This document shows positions 37,801 to 51,400 of a DNA stretch of 64,000 nucleotides, in pieces (positions within the stretch are counted from its first letter, which is position 1; each line of letters opens with the position of its first letter). The stretch is from Haplodiscus bocki. Its lineage: Eukaryota. The position numbers were made by a program, and so were the translations under genes. The notes beneath the pieces are model-generated. The model searched no databases. It was not told where the DNA came from and saw nothing but the letters and a program-made list of their open reading frames with translations. The stretch covers positions 27,404,001 to 27,468,000 of the forward strand of contig OZ296648.1 of NCBI GenBank assembly GCA_965655095.1, given 5' to 3'.

Positions 37801-40800
37801 CTCAGGACAAGAGGTGTATATTGGGACTAGGAATGTTCCCTCGAAGAATGCAACAAAATTAGATTTTCGCTACACCACATACGCGGCTTCAATCTTTTGA
37901 GATGCATATTACCGACCATTTTAGTGAACTTGGCTGTTTCACGCTCACAGATGCATTAAAGCAAGTGTAGGCAGACTTTTTGTACGTTAGATTCGTGATT
38001 CAATGGGTTTCGTCGCTCTGCGTTTTTAGCAGGACAGTACAAGGTCGGGCTCATCAAAACAATTTCCCTCCCAAGACTTGAGTTTTGTGGAGCTCATTTA
38101 GGAACTTAACCAAGCGGTGTTTTCGTACTGACAAGTGGCACTGATGTGAAGACATTTGCCTGAGTGGACTGAAACAGTGTTTCAGAATGGCGCGTTTCCA
38201 CAAATGCGAGATGGTAGGCAAATTTTAATGGCAAGAGAATGTCAGAAACTCAAACTTTTCAGCTAAATCACAATGCCTTTACCTGAATTCAGCCAATAAC
38301 CCGGCTAAATGCTCATCTCGTGGATTCACCATGAAAATACTGAAAGATTCGGCGCTCTTATGGAAAGGATCCACTAACCTGGCAAAAGCCGAGAATTGAT
38401 GACATCAACAGAAAATAGCAATCAGTGAAAGAAGGCTGCCAGTAGGTAATGAAAAAACTCAATCAACAACCAAGCCCACCGAGATGGTCGGAAAATCATC
38501 GCCTTCTCCAGGTCCTCGCTATTAGGAGATGGGAAGATATTGCAGCTTCGGGAAACTTTTTTCGGGTGGTTGCTCCACGATTCATCAAAAAACAGACCAT
38601 CTCGAATCTATTTGTCAGTAATCTTCCGCAAGCTGAAATCGAAGTCATTCAAGAACACGAAAAATTTTCTACAAAGCTTAGAGACTTTTGCCGAACATCT
38701 CTGCTGTACGGATAGACAGCAAAATTCACAATTTGTCACCGTGAGATGAAAAAACCAGAACCCTCCGAGTGGCTGAACGCCTGCCCTACGTATGTGTCAG
38801 GAAAATACGAAATTTCCGTCTTTGGTGGACAAAATTTGACGACTGGCTTTTCTAAGTCTGCCGCATTTCCATGAAGCACCTGTTCGTGGCTGGATGAAAT
38901 GACATTGAACTCAAGTCGAGACGAATTCTTGATACGAGGTGGAAGAACTTGGCATAGCATGTGATTATACAGCTTGTCAAATCCAGTCGAATAAAAAAAC
39001 CGTAATAGTGGATGGCCGACTTACCAACAACAAGTAACTTTGTTGAAACAACCATTTCCTTTTAAACTTGTCTGGGCCGCTCCGCTTCTCGCGAAACCTG
39101 TTGTGAAAACGTACGTCGCCACGTTTGTTTTGGGAGTAAAGGCTGTTCTTATTGTATTAATGGATTTGATTAAGGAGGAGTGCATCTCATCAATTAAACG
39201 CATTACTGCGGTTCATGAACTACCAGAGAATGTCATGAGCGAAACTTGTCGTAACTTGATGTGTGCTCGAATTGATTTGATCATGGTTCAGGGAATCTTC
39301 GCAAAATTAATCACAAAAGATCAGTGGGAAGCTTCATGCTTCAACTAGGAGTAAAATGGTGAACTTCCGCGCGCTCCACATTCTGTAGACTGTGAGAAGC
39401 CTCTCACCAGAAAAAAGAACCCCAAATACGGCGAATAGTGTGGACATTTTATTGTTTGAAGAGTTGAATACCTTGGTGGAACAAGTTGAATCAATTCTAA
39501 ATCCAAAATCATTTTTAGCTATGTCGAATGATCCCAATGATCTACAACCGATGATGCTTTGTAATTTCTCTCTCGTTGAAGTAGTCATGGATATCTGAGC
39601 ACACTACTTCAGATGAAATTTTGTCATTGTCTTATGATTTTAGCTGCTTGAAAGACTTAGGAAAGGCTAATGAATGTCGTGGTAACATTAGACAACAGGA
39701 AACGTTGGTTTTTTTCTGGCCCTAGTTTTGCTGCAAACTTATTTTTGACCGACAGGGTTAGTTCACTACCTCTCAGAATGAAAGACTTTACACTGGCATA
39801 ATGACATCAGCAGAGCTAAAATAACAACTGCAACTGGAAGCTTGATTCGACTAATAGTAAAGCCCAGAAGCGTCCTGTTGCGGCGCACAATTGCCAGTGA
39901 GTATGATGGTCAAACGCAACTCAGTAGTGTAATCCGCTTATACCGTGCACGGCTACAGCGTGTAAAGCGTACAGCCGGCTACCACCGACATGTACCGCCA
40001 TCCCGAATAAATTCGGATTAATTTACGTCGTTTATACCTACCATTACATCAGTTATAACGTACGTGTACTTTACCCTCCTTTCTTATTCCCATTACTTCG
40101 CGTTGCTTTTCATTGTCAGAACGCGTTACTTTTTCTCGATAAGAGCGCTTTATTTCTCTATCACTGGAGACAAAAATTAATTAAACTGAAACGTTCGACT
40201 TTACGTTTCAGTTTAATTCAATAAAAATGAAGACTGCTTGGGATTATGTGAAGGAATAAACAATACAAAATTGTTCCGAGAAATCTTGATGTGTGAAAGT
40301 TCCGCAGTGCTCCCTAAACAACTGAAGCTGTTTTGGCGGTGGAACTGCCAAACTTTCAACAATTCGAAGAGACGAGATTCTAAAGATATAGAACGGAATG
40401 GTGAAAAAGCTTCAAAAGTCCTGGAAGACTTTGCCAATCAAAGTGGATGATTTGGTGTTTTCCGATAGTTTTAACCAGTCTGGAGCTTCTTATAAGACAG
40501 CCGCAACAAAAACAACTCACTTTAGAAAATTTGATGAATATAATTCAATTGAGTTGAGGCTTTGAACGCGTTGTTTTTACAAACTTCGGATATAACCAAC
40601 AGAATTTTTCGTTCCGAGGTGTTTTCTATAAGCGGATATCACTGTATCTGGAGAATGTGCCTGACGGGAAAACCATGCAAAATTGTTCAGTTTTTCGAGA
40701 TGTTTTTGTCCGTCCCGATAATACCCCTTTTGATGAATATAGTTACAACCAACACACAGTTCCTTACTACTACTACCTCTACAATTTCTTAGACGCAGAT

Positions 40801-42999
40801 TTCCAGTTGACCTACACAAATTTATTGATTTATGTTTATATGACGCTACAACCAATTTTCTAACGTTCTGGAATTAAACTAGCTTTTGTGTATCAAAAAT
40901 GCCCTGAAGGATGAATTTTTCATTAAGACATACATATTAGCCCCGGCGACCCTTCTAACTTGTCATTCATTGAATTTTGATTAAACTCCAATTTATTACC
41001 TTATTTTTTCCTCAATTCGATTTTATTTCAGACTGCTCAATCAGTTTTACAACTTGAAAAATTATTAATTGAAGTAGAAGTCAACAGATCAACGTACAAG
41101 AAGATTTGATTAGTCACATTTTACTCTAGTCCGAGCATCATCACCTCGGGTCGTTTTCAGCCAGTCACAAAGATATACTTTCCGTTGCCTTGTAGAGACT
41201 TCGAGAATCCAGAAAATGAATTTTTGCATGCTTTGATACTTTAAATCAATAAATATCACCTTCGAATTTGTTCATACCGCTGTTATTGCAATGTACGTAT
41301 GTGTACGTATGTTTGGAAACATTGTAGGGAGATTTTTTGCGTTTCAATTTTTCAAGAAAGGCAAAATTGTAGACTTCGGTATGTTTTCGGAAGAATTAAA
41401 CCTCTGCAATTAACCACGCGATTTTGTTCGTCGAACCGCTAGTTCAAAAGCTATCTGTGATCTACTGGATGCTCTTTCACAGGAATAAGTGCTTGAAGTA
41501 GTGGAAGAAGCAGTAGACGGCGGTCTTTTGGTTTTCATTCGTTCCTTTGCCTCATATGTTATTCCATTTTTCCTTTCTTGTAAATTTTTGCTAACGAAAA
41601 AAATTCTGCTTGGGAATGACGTCACCTTAAGGGTTTTGAATTGTCCAGCAAAGAGTCCTTTTTCTCAAGTTTTGGCTTTTCATTTTTGTTCTGTCTTTTC
41701 CTCCTACCGCAATTGAATGTTTAATGTGGATCATTTCGTTCTGAAGCAAACCTATTTGAATTTTTATTAAATTTTTCATGATGCAAAATATTAACTATCA
41801 AAATTCCTTATTGATAGTTTCCTTTTCTGTGCTCCACTGGAGCCTATTGTTCTTGGAACGTATGACTACACAAGGTATTAACTTGTTTTGTTTTTTTTTT
41901 CGAAAACACCCCGTAAACGATATAAAATTAGGGAAACGGGGTAAACCGATCAGAGAAGAGTATGTGCAATTTTGAAAGATTATAATATAGTGGCAAACTT
42001 ATCGCTGCATGTCTAAATTTGACAGGTAATAGTCAGTATTTGAGACTGGCTCCTGAAAACATGAGTATATTTCATTTAGATGTACGAGTTCGACCATGGT
42101 AAGAAATTGGATACACCTGCGACGGCATCCTTGGTTTCGAAGATGTTATATTCCCGCAGATTTTTCCCCTTGTATGTGTATAACTTAGTTGTGGGATGTG
42201 AGAAAGATCCTGAAACTGGAAATTACCGAGGACTTGTGTACGGATACGACCCAGTTGGCTGTTATGCTTTGGAGCCCTATGGTGCTTACGGAAGTGCGGG
42301 ACCTCTTCTGCAACCTTTACTGGATAATCAAGTATGGATTGTTGCAACTTTATTCTGACCAATACCCTTGGTTTTGAAAGCGGCTTCTTTTCATAATTTT
42401 TCGTATTCACGCGGCTTCCTTGCGTACTTGTTGTTATTTGTTTAAATCGGCGCTTTACTTTCAATAATTTAAAGGGGCTTTACTTTCTCTTTTCGACCAC
42501 CAAATTTTTAAGACTGCAGTTTTGCTTCAATATGCCCAAAATAATCCAGTAGATAAAGAACGTACCAAAGACAAAAGAAGTTTGTCATCCCTTCTGCATA
42601 TACAATTTAAAAAATACCAAAATTTTCCTTGTTACCTCCTTTTCATTTTGTCTTGTACCTCAAGTTTAAGTTCGGGACGTCTGAAGATTTTTTCAAGGAA
42701 TGTAGTCTCTGAGCTCCTTTGCATAAAATGCTATCAGAATAAATCTCCGTTATCGGTTTTTGATCGATTGAAGTATGAATGGTAATCGAGAATCTTTGTT
42801 AATTTGTTTCTAGATAGGCTACAAAAACATGGAGAACCCTAAACGACTTCCTTTGACTAAGGAAAGAGCTGTGTCTTTAATTAAGGATGTGTTCATCTCA
42901 GCAGCGGAACGAGATATTTACAGTGGAGATAAAGCACATGTAGTTGTTGTTGACCAGAATGGCATCCACGAAGACTTCATGCCTTTGAGGCGCGACTGA
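31784..42999 (+). CDS. PSMB1: Proteasome subunit beta type-1 (20S beta6), 4 coding exons, 234 aa
   Basis: Exons 31784-31860, 33403-33592, 42080-42331 and 42814-42999, all with GT-AG introns and consistent phase (705 nt). Protein: ...[30 protein letters not shown]...GFHGDC...LYSRRFFPLYVYN...YDPVG...LLQPLLDNQIGYKN...KDVFISAAERDIYSGD...LRRD*, matching hallmark PSMB1 motifs. Confidence 0.96.
32587..32990. mobile_element. Non-autonomous hAT-like DNA transposon (MITE), 404 bp, in PSMB1 intron 1
   Basis: 15-bp terminal inverted repeats CAAGGATGTTCAAAA / TTTTGAACATCCCTG (14/15). Flanking 8-mers TTTGCGAC and TTTGCAGC (6/8) fit a decayed 8-bp TSD. AT-rich, non-coding interior. Confidence 0.7.
33403..33592 (+). 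CDS. PSMB1: PSMB1 coding exon 2 (not in the ORF track)
   Basis: TTTTTAG acceptor; [63 protein letters not shown]; donor GTTAGT at 33593. Confidence 0.93.
33716..33900 (+). other. Two tandem tRNA-derived (SINE-head-like) sequences, probably tRNA-His related; not functional tRNAs
   Basis: Two copies 120 bp apart share TAGGACAAC.GGGTT.T.AAGCG...GGGTTCGA.TC. The second has A-box TGGCACAGCGG, B-box GGTTCGAATCC and GTTGTG in the anticodon region. Stems do not pair properly. Confidence 0.6.
33935..34320. repeat. ~117-bp minisatellite, ~3.3 copies
   Basis: Unit AAAATCGTGATATCCCCCTCTTATGCATAAAACTTTTCGAT...GAAACACAGAAGGGTTCCCCTACGAAG...GAGACAAAAAAATTCCGACAG starts at 33935, 34058, 34175 and ~34291. 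Confidence 0.92.
35500..39865 (+). mobile_element. Highly decayed BEL/Pao LTR retrotransposon internal region in PSMB1 intron 2; boundaries approximate
   Basis: Collinear remnants: gag LQVPKFD...FMVSV (35547); zinc knuckle LCFICLQ...CKSGSSCWLC (~36255-36330); protease RALPNSASQLSFITE (~36465); RNase H KTISLPRLEFCGAHL (38056-38100) and NPAKCSSRG (~38298); MADLP (~39011); integrase FEELNTLVEQVESILNP...DPNDLQP (~39455-39550); terminal ITTATGSLIRLIVK (~39820-39862). These are BEL/Pao-typical motifs. Confidence 0.88.
42080..42331 (+). CDS. PSMB1: PSMB1 coding exon 3
   Basis: TTTAG acceptor; MYEFDHGKK...LYSRRFFPLYVYN...LQPLLDNQ; donor GTATGG at 42332. Confidence 0.95.
42814..42999 (+). CDS. PSMB1: PSMB1 coding exon 4
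   Basis: TTTCTAG acceptor; IGYKNMENPKRLPLTKERAVSLIKDVFISAAERDIYSGDKAHVVVVDQNGIHEDFMPLRRD-TGA. Confidence 0.95.
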   Translation: MGYKNMENPKRLPLTKERAVSLIKDVFISAAERDIYSGDKAHVVVVDQNGIHEDFMPLRRD

Positions 43000-44014
43000 T
43001 TCTATGATGTCCAAAGAAGCTTATGGAAGAGTTGCGCAAGTTATGCACCTGGAAAGACAGTGAGCCGGCTCCTCGAGTTTAATGCTGGTAGCAGTGTATT
43101 AAAAGTTAACGCTTCTTGAATGTATGTTGAAATTTTGAACTGATCTTGGTTTGGATAAACAAAAAGTTTAGATAAATATCCTGCTTGTGATCCCAATTTA
43201 TGATTGAAACCATCCGTTTTTTAATGAATCGTGTAACTGGAAATTCCAAGGAATGCATGTACACCGGTCAGAGCGGTTAAGTGCTGGAGCAATGCCGACC
43301 GCATGTACTAAGGGTTTTTTTCAAGCAGAGGGTGGCAAAATGACGTTACCTTGATTGTGTACTGGTTTTGAAACACAACATCAACTGGTCGGTTTTCTAA
43401 CTGGTTTGTCATTCGCCAATATTAAATTTTGGGTGCAAAAAATGTGATTTTTTTCAGGAGTGCCGTTTAAATAACAAGTGTCCCAATTTTTCGATTCTGA
43501 AAAGAATGGGAGCATATACTTCTCATTTAGAGACGTCTCGAGAGATTCTTCGTTATAACCATCCAATTCATATTCTCAAATTTCTTTTTCGGTTACTGGC
43601 TTTCTCGAACATTCTGCGATTGCAAAATCATGTGATGTTGTGTTGAAGTGTTCACGCTGACGTCTTTCGATTTTGCGCGAGACCAAATTTGTATGCTTTG
43701 TATAACTTCGTCTTTGAAAAGACCGATCTGATTGGAATCTCGTGACTCGGTTATAAAATGTGGTTGAATATTATCTGTCATAGTTTATACTTGTCATACA
43801 AATGTTCTTATTTGCTAACAGAGGGGTTCATGTTTTACTTCTGTACGCATTGCGTTCCTGTGCAAATGTTCTTGACAAAAAATGTTCGCTGCTGTCCGCG
43901 TGTTGCCATGGAAACAACCGAGTGACGGTCTTTGCTCTTTTATTACATGTAAGAAGTCTAGCATGTACGCTTACGCTGTAGTTCTCTATTCATTTTGGTT
44001 TGTTCTCGATTGAA

Positions 44015-44133
44015 TGACGTAACGCTCGATTTAGAAGTATGACGCTCGTTTCAATCGTAGCCAATCCGATTGCAGCATGACACGAAGTTACGAGTCTGCG
44101 GTATAAATACGACGTTTGAAATTTGAATCATTT
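44015..44133 (+). promoter_or_regulatory. Polyubiquitin core promoter (CRE-like, CCAAT, TATA, Inr)
   Basis: TGACGTAA at 44015, CCAAT at 44061, TATAAATA at 44102, and Inr-like TCATTT with A at 44130 (28 nt from the TATA). Probable 73-nt 5'UTR intron at 44234-44306 (GTGAAT...CTAAT-TTTCAG). Confidence 0.65.
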
Positions 44134-44299
44134 AGCTGTAAAGTCGCATCAGAAATCACTCGCATTCAACAAAATTAGAAATTCCGTCTTTTATTCATCC
44201 ACAACTTCATAATTTTACCGGGTTTTACGAAAGGTGAATATTCACTTTAATCTGAATAATTTCAAATAAAATTTCAACGAGTTAAACTGTCTACACTAA

Positions 44300-45946
<1,647 letters not shown>

Positions 45947-47949
45947 TGATTGTAGGGAATTCTCATCAGTAACAGTAGTGCAATTATATTCAATGCTGTT
46001 TTATTCTAGTTCGTTTGATTCAATTGAGAGGCAAATAAAAATGTTCATTTCAACCCATATTTTCCCAAAAGTGCCGAGTTTGACAATCAGCTCCAAGGCT
46101 TCAGCGTTAGAACAAACGGGGCACTTTCCAGTAGAGCCCCACAATGTAATCCTAAGTAAATCATGGAATCAATCTTAGAGCGGCTTATGGAATGACCAGC
46201 TTTTGCTTTCTCAATTGAAATGAAACAAAGACCTGCAAAATCTCAGCGACAATTTTTGTAAGTTCCAGGTAGTGATTTGTTCTATTGCGGTGCCAGCTGA
46301 CATTTGCGCTGCAATATCACACTGTGAGCAAAGATGTCGAAGTCAACGCAATTGAATAAACCAGGAATCTTGTGCAAATTTGCTCGTTAACGATGAACCG
46401 AAAAAATACTGTCGAAAACTTTATGAATGTAAGCGTTGTTTGAGGTTGCCCGCCAATTAGGATACGAGATCATAAGTTGTGCTCGCGAATTGGACATTAC
46501 AAATAACCGAATTCAAAATATTTTCATTCTGTATTAGAAAACCAATCTAGATCAAGTATCAAAATCTTGGTTATTTCAAACAACGAAGAGCTTGTGAAAG
46601 CTTTCCGTTCTTTAATCGGACGATCTTTGTTTATGGAAGGAATTTGATCTGCAGTGTTGATTAGTTGAAATTACCAACTGCACAAGAACAATTCTGGCTG
46701 CCAGACAACTTTCCTGTTCGAGAACTCGTAAGTTTTTAGGCAGAAAGAACAGGCAATTCGAAGTCACTATCGTCGGGTCAGCCACTTTCTGATGACGGCA
46801 AATGTCAACACCAAACTTCGGTGTCAACCTGTGTGCGTGCTTACTCCAACTACATCTTCGGTCTCATTCCCATCGGTGTACTCAACGATTAGATTCTAGT
46901 TTTCATTGTCAAGACATTGTTCTGTATGTGGAGCTGGTGAACCTTGAGGGAGTTTTATCGACGGAGGAAACAAACAAGCAAGTATAGAAACGGAAGAATT
47001 TTTTCAAAGTCAGTTCTCAAGAGGAGCAAGAGTTAAACCATTTTTCGCATTAACGGTATCACAGGAGGTGGGTGAACTTGTTCGACTGATGGCTTAGGTT
47101 TCGGAGTTCGGTCGCGCGATAGGCGTGATCAAGAGACTTATGGAAGAAGCAATAAATCCCACAACTCATTGACTCGTTTGCAAAAATTTCGCAAGGTGAT
47201 AACGCAAGTCCGGCAAAAAAAGTGTTGGTTGTATCTATACTACATGTCAGCTATGATGCAAACTTGACGCAATCGATCTACATAGGCACAAATTGACAAT
47301 TTTTCAAAACTGCTAAGTCCATCAATTTTATTGTGTTTTGAGCGACGTTATACAGGATATCTTAAAAATGGGAGCGAATATCATTTTTTTCAGTTGAAAA
47401 CTGGTATTTATTTGATCACTCGACTATCAAATCCAACCTATATTGGAATTCATCTTTGTTAATTATCCTATCTATACGAATAGTTACGTTCGTGGTCTGT
47501 GCTGTTGAAATATAGCATTGCTTTGAATCCAGACGAACTCGGACGATGTTCAATTGGTTGTTACCTAGAGAACAAGATTGTAGAACTGAGTGCTTAAAAT
47601 AGCAATCGGTTTGAAACCAATATCTTGAAAATTGACGTTAGCATCAACTGGTTTTGATGCTGAGAGTGACCACTCATGCAGTTCAAGTTACTCGTCAGTC
47701 CATTCCCTTGAAGCTAAACTTATTGTGCATGGCTCCCGTCAATTGAAAACTGTTTTTGCCACACAGAGTAGAACTGAACAATTGAAAATAGCAAGGGATG
47801 TTTTCCGAAGATTTTTTCTGGTTCAATTAATAACTTTAAATGTTTCTGTATTTTCTGTCACTACAAACGGCCATGTAGTGTGGCTCCAGATTCCGTTCTG
47901 AACTTACCTTTGTCTTTCTACTAGTTCAAAACTCCTACTACTTTAAAAG

Positions 47950-48450
47950 AGATAGATTTAGTTATTGATGGAATAGTTAATGATAATGTCTTTGAAAAAT
48001 CAGACACTGAAATAAACATGTGATAATATAGAAGAACTAAAATAACCTCAAGAATATGAAGATGGAGGAATATTTATACTAGATGATACTAGATACTAGA
48101 TGAAAAAGAAATGAATGATCCGCGAGTAACAGCGATGTCCAAAAGACCGAGACATAATATTTTATCTATTTTTATAAGCAGCCAAGATTACTATGAATTA
48201 CGATAGAGATCGACCCAAGCTAAAGGAGGTATCTACCGCATCTTCAAACCAAACAATTTCAGAGATATTCAAAATCTCTATCAACATAAAACTTCCATGG
48301 TTATGACACTGAACGAATTCAAACACTCAACTAGTAGTTGTTGGGATAAAAAATATCAACCAGTTAAAATTGATATGACAAAAGATAAAAACACAGGTTC
48401 TTTTAGAGTAAGTTCAAATTCAATAACCATACCAGATAGCTCTCTTTTTG
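47950..48450 (+). pseudogene. First copy of the packaging-ATPase fragment (frameshifted, internal stops)
   Basis: Same motifs (GGIFILDD, KRPRHNILSIFISSQDYYEL), broken by an indel near 48015, a small GATACTA duplication at ~48085-48100 and in-frame stops. Confidence 0.7.
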
Positions 48451-51400
48451 AAATTATCGAAGAAGCAATAAGTCACACCACTCATTGACTTGTTTGAAAA
48501 TCTTTCAAAAAATTTAGCAAGGTGCTATCGCAAGTCCGCCAAGAAATGTGCTGGTTGTATCTATACTACATGTAAGCTATGATGCAAACTTAACTCAATT
48601 AATCTACATAGGCACAAAATGACAACAATTTTTTTATCAAAACTGCTAAGTCCATCAAATTTACTTTGTGTTTTGAGCGACATTATATAAGATATCTTAA
48701 AAATGGGAGCGAATATCATTTTTTCAGTTGAAAACTGGTATTTATTTGATCACTCGACTATCAAATCCAACCTATATTGGCATTCATCTTTGTTGTTTAT
48801 CCTATCTATACGAATAGTTACGTTCGTGGTCTGTGCTGTTGAAATATAGCATTGCTTTGAATCCAGACGAACTCCGACGATGTTTAAATGTTTGTTACTT
48901 AGAGAACAAGATTGTAAAACTGAGTTTAAAAAAAGCAATCGGTTTCAAACCAATATCTCGAAAACTGACATTAGCATCAAGTGGTTTTGATGCTGAGGGT
49001 GACCCCTCATGCAGTTCAAGTTACTCGTCAGTCCATTCCCTTGAAGCTAAACTTATTAAGCATGGCTCCCGTCAATTGAAAACTGTTTTTGCCCCACAGA
49101 GTGGAAATGAACAATTGAAAATAGCAAGGGATATTTTCCGAAGATTTTTTCTGGTTCAATTATTGACTTTAAGTGTTTCTGTAATTTCTGTCACTACAAA
49201 CGGCCATGTAGTGTGGCTCCAAATTCCGGTCTAAACTTACCGTTGTCTTTCTACTAGTTCAAAAGTCCTACTACTTTAAAAGAGATAGATTTAGTTATTG
49301 ATGGAATAGTTTATGATAATGTCTTTGAAAAATCAGACACTGAAATAGGAACATGTGATGATATAGAAGAACTAAAATAACCTCAAGAAGATGAAGATGG
49401 AGGAATATTAATACTAGATGATCTCAATGAAAACGAAGTGAATGATCCGCGAGTAACAGCGATGTTCAAAAGACCGAGACATAAAATTTCATCTATTTTT
49501 AAAAGCAGCCAAGATTACTATGAATTACGAAAGAGATCGACCCAAGCTAATGGAGGTATCTACCGCATCTTCAAACCAAACATTTTCAGAGATATTAAAA
49601 ATCTCTATCAACATAAAACTTCCATGGATATGACACTGAACGAATTCAAACACTCAACAAGTAGCTGTTGGGATGAAAAATATCAACCATTTACAATTGA
49701 TATGACAAAAGATAAAAACACAGGTTTTTTTAGATTAAGTTTAAATTCAACATTCATACCAGATAGCTCTCTTTTTTAAATTATCGAAGAAGCAATAAGT
49801 CCCACCACTCATTGACTCGTTTGAAAAAATTTCAAAAATTTTAGCAAGGTGCTATCGCAAGTCCGCCAAAAAATGTGCTGGTTGTATCTATACTACATGT
49901 AAGCTATGATGAAAACTTAACTCAATTGATCTACATAGGCACAAAATGAAAACAATTTTTTTATCAAAACTGCTAAGTCCATCAAATTTACTTTGTGTTT
50001 TGAGCGACATTATATAAGATATCTTGAAAATGGGAGCGAATATCATTTTTTCAGTTGAAAACTGGTATTTAATTGATCACTCGACTATCAAATCCAACCT
50101 ATATTGGCATTCATCCTTGTTAATCATCCTATCTATACGAATAGTTACGTTCGTGGTCTGTGCTGTTAAAATATAGCATTGCTTTGAATCCAGACGAACT
50201 CGGACGATGTTCAATTGGTTGTTACCTAGAGAACAAGATTGTAGAACTGAGTGCTTAAAAAAGAAATCGGTTTCAAACCAATATCTCGAAAATTGACGTT
50301 AGCATCAACTGGTTTTGATGCTGAGGGTGACCACTCATGCAGTTCAAGTTACTCGTCAGTCCATTCCCTTGAAGCTAAACTTATTGTGCATGGCTCCCGT
50401 CAATTGAAAACTGTTTTTGCCACACAGAGTAGAACTGAACAATTGAAAATAGCAAGGGATGTTTTCCGAAGAATTTTTCTGGTTCAATTATTAACTTCAA
50501 GTGTTTCTGTAATTTCTGTCACTACAAACGGCCATGTAGTGTGGCTCCAAATTCCGGTCTGAACTTACCGTTGTCTTTCTACTAGTTCAAAAGTCCTACT
50601 ACTTTAAAAGAGATAGATTTAGTTATTGATGGAATAGTTTATGATAATGTCTTTGAAAAATCAGACACTGAAATAGGAACATGTGATGATATAGAAGAAC
50701 TAAAATAACCTCAAGAAGATGAAGATGGAGGAATATTAATACTAGATGATCTCAATGAAAACGAAGTGAATGATCCGCGAGTAACAGCGATGTTCAAAAG
50801 ACCGAGACATAAAATTTCATCTATTTTTAAAAGCAGCCAAGATTACTATGAATTACGAAAGAGATCGACCCAAGCTAATGGAGGTATCTACCGCATCTTC
50901 AAACCAAACATTTTCAGAGATATTAAAAATCTCTATCAACATAAAACTTCCATGGATATGACACTGAACGAATTCAAACACTCAACAAGTAGCTGTTGGG
51001 ATGAAAAATATCAACCATTTACAATTGATATGACAAAAGATAAAAACACAGGTTTTTTTAGATTAAGTTTAAATTCAACATTCATACCAGATAGCTCTCT
51101 TTTTTAAATTATCGAAGAAGCAATAAGTCCCACCACTCATTGACTCGTTTGAAAAAATTTCAAAAATTTTAGCAAGGTGCTATCGCAAGTCCGCCAAAAA
51201 ATGTGCTGGTTGTATCTATACTACATGTAAGCTATGATGCAAACTTAACTCAATTGATCTACATAGGCACAAAATGACAACAATTTTTTTTATCAAAACT
51301 GCTAAGTCCATCAAATTTACTTTGTGTTTTGAGCGACATTATATAAGATATCTTAAAAATGGGAGCGAATATCATTTTTTCAGTTGAAAACTGGTATTTA

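Noticed and set aside
40213-41975. Assorted 65-92-aa ORFs in distal PSMB1 intron 2, including the Ser-rich 41410-41625
   Set aside because: No recognisable motifs. The Ser-rich one is only vaguely gag-like; probably decayed repeats.
43381-43781. Two short minus-strand ORFs between PSMB1 and polyubiquitin
   Set aside because: No recognisable domain, non-ATG or weak starts, and no convincing splice structure.
46200-47137. Coding-looking unique sequence left of the 1,327-bp array
   Set aside because: Stops in the frames I examined and no motif I can name; may be a decayed gene or TE but is unsupported without a search.
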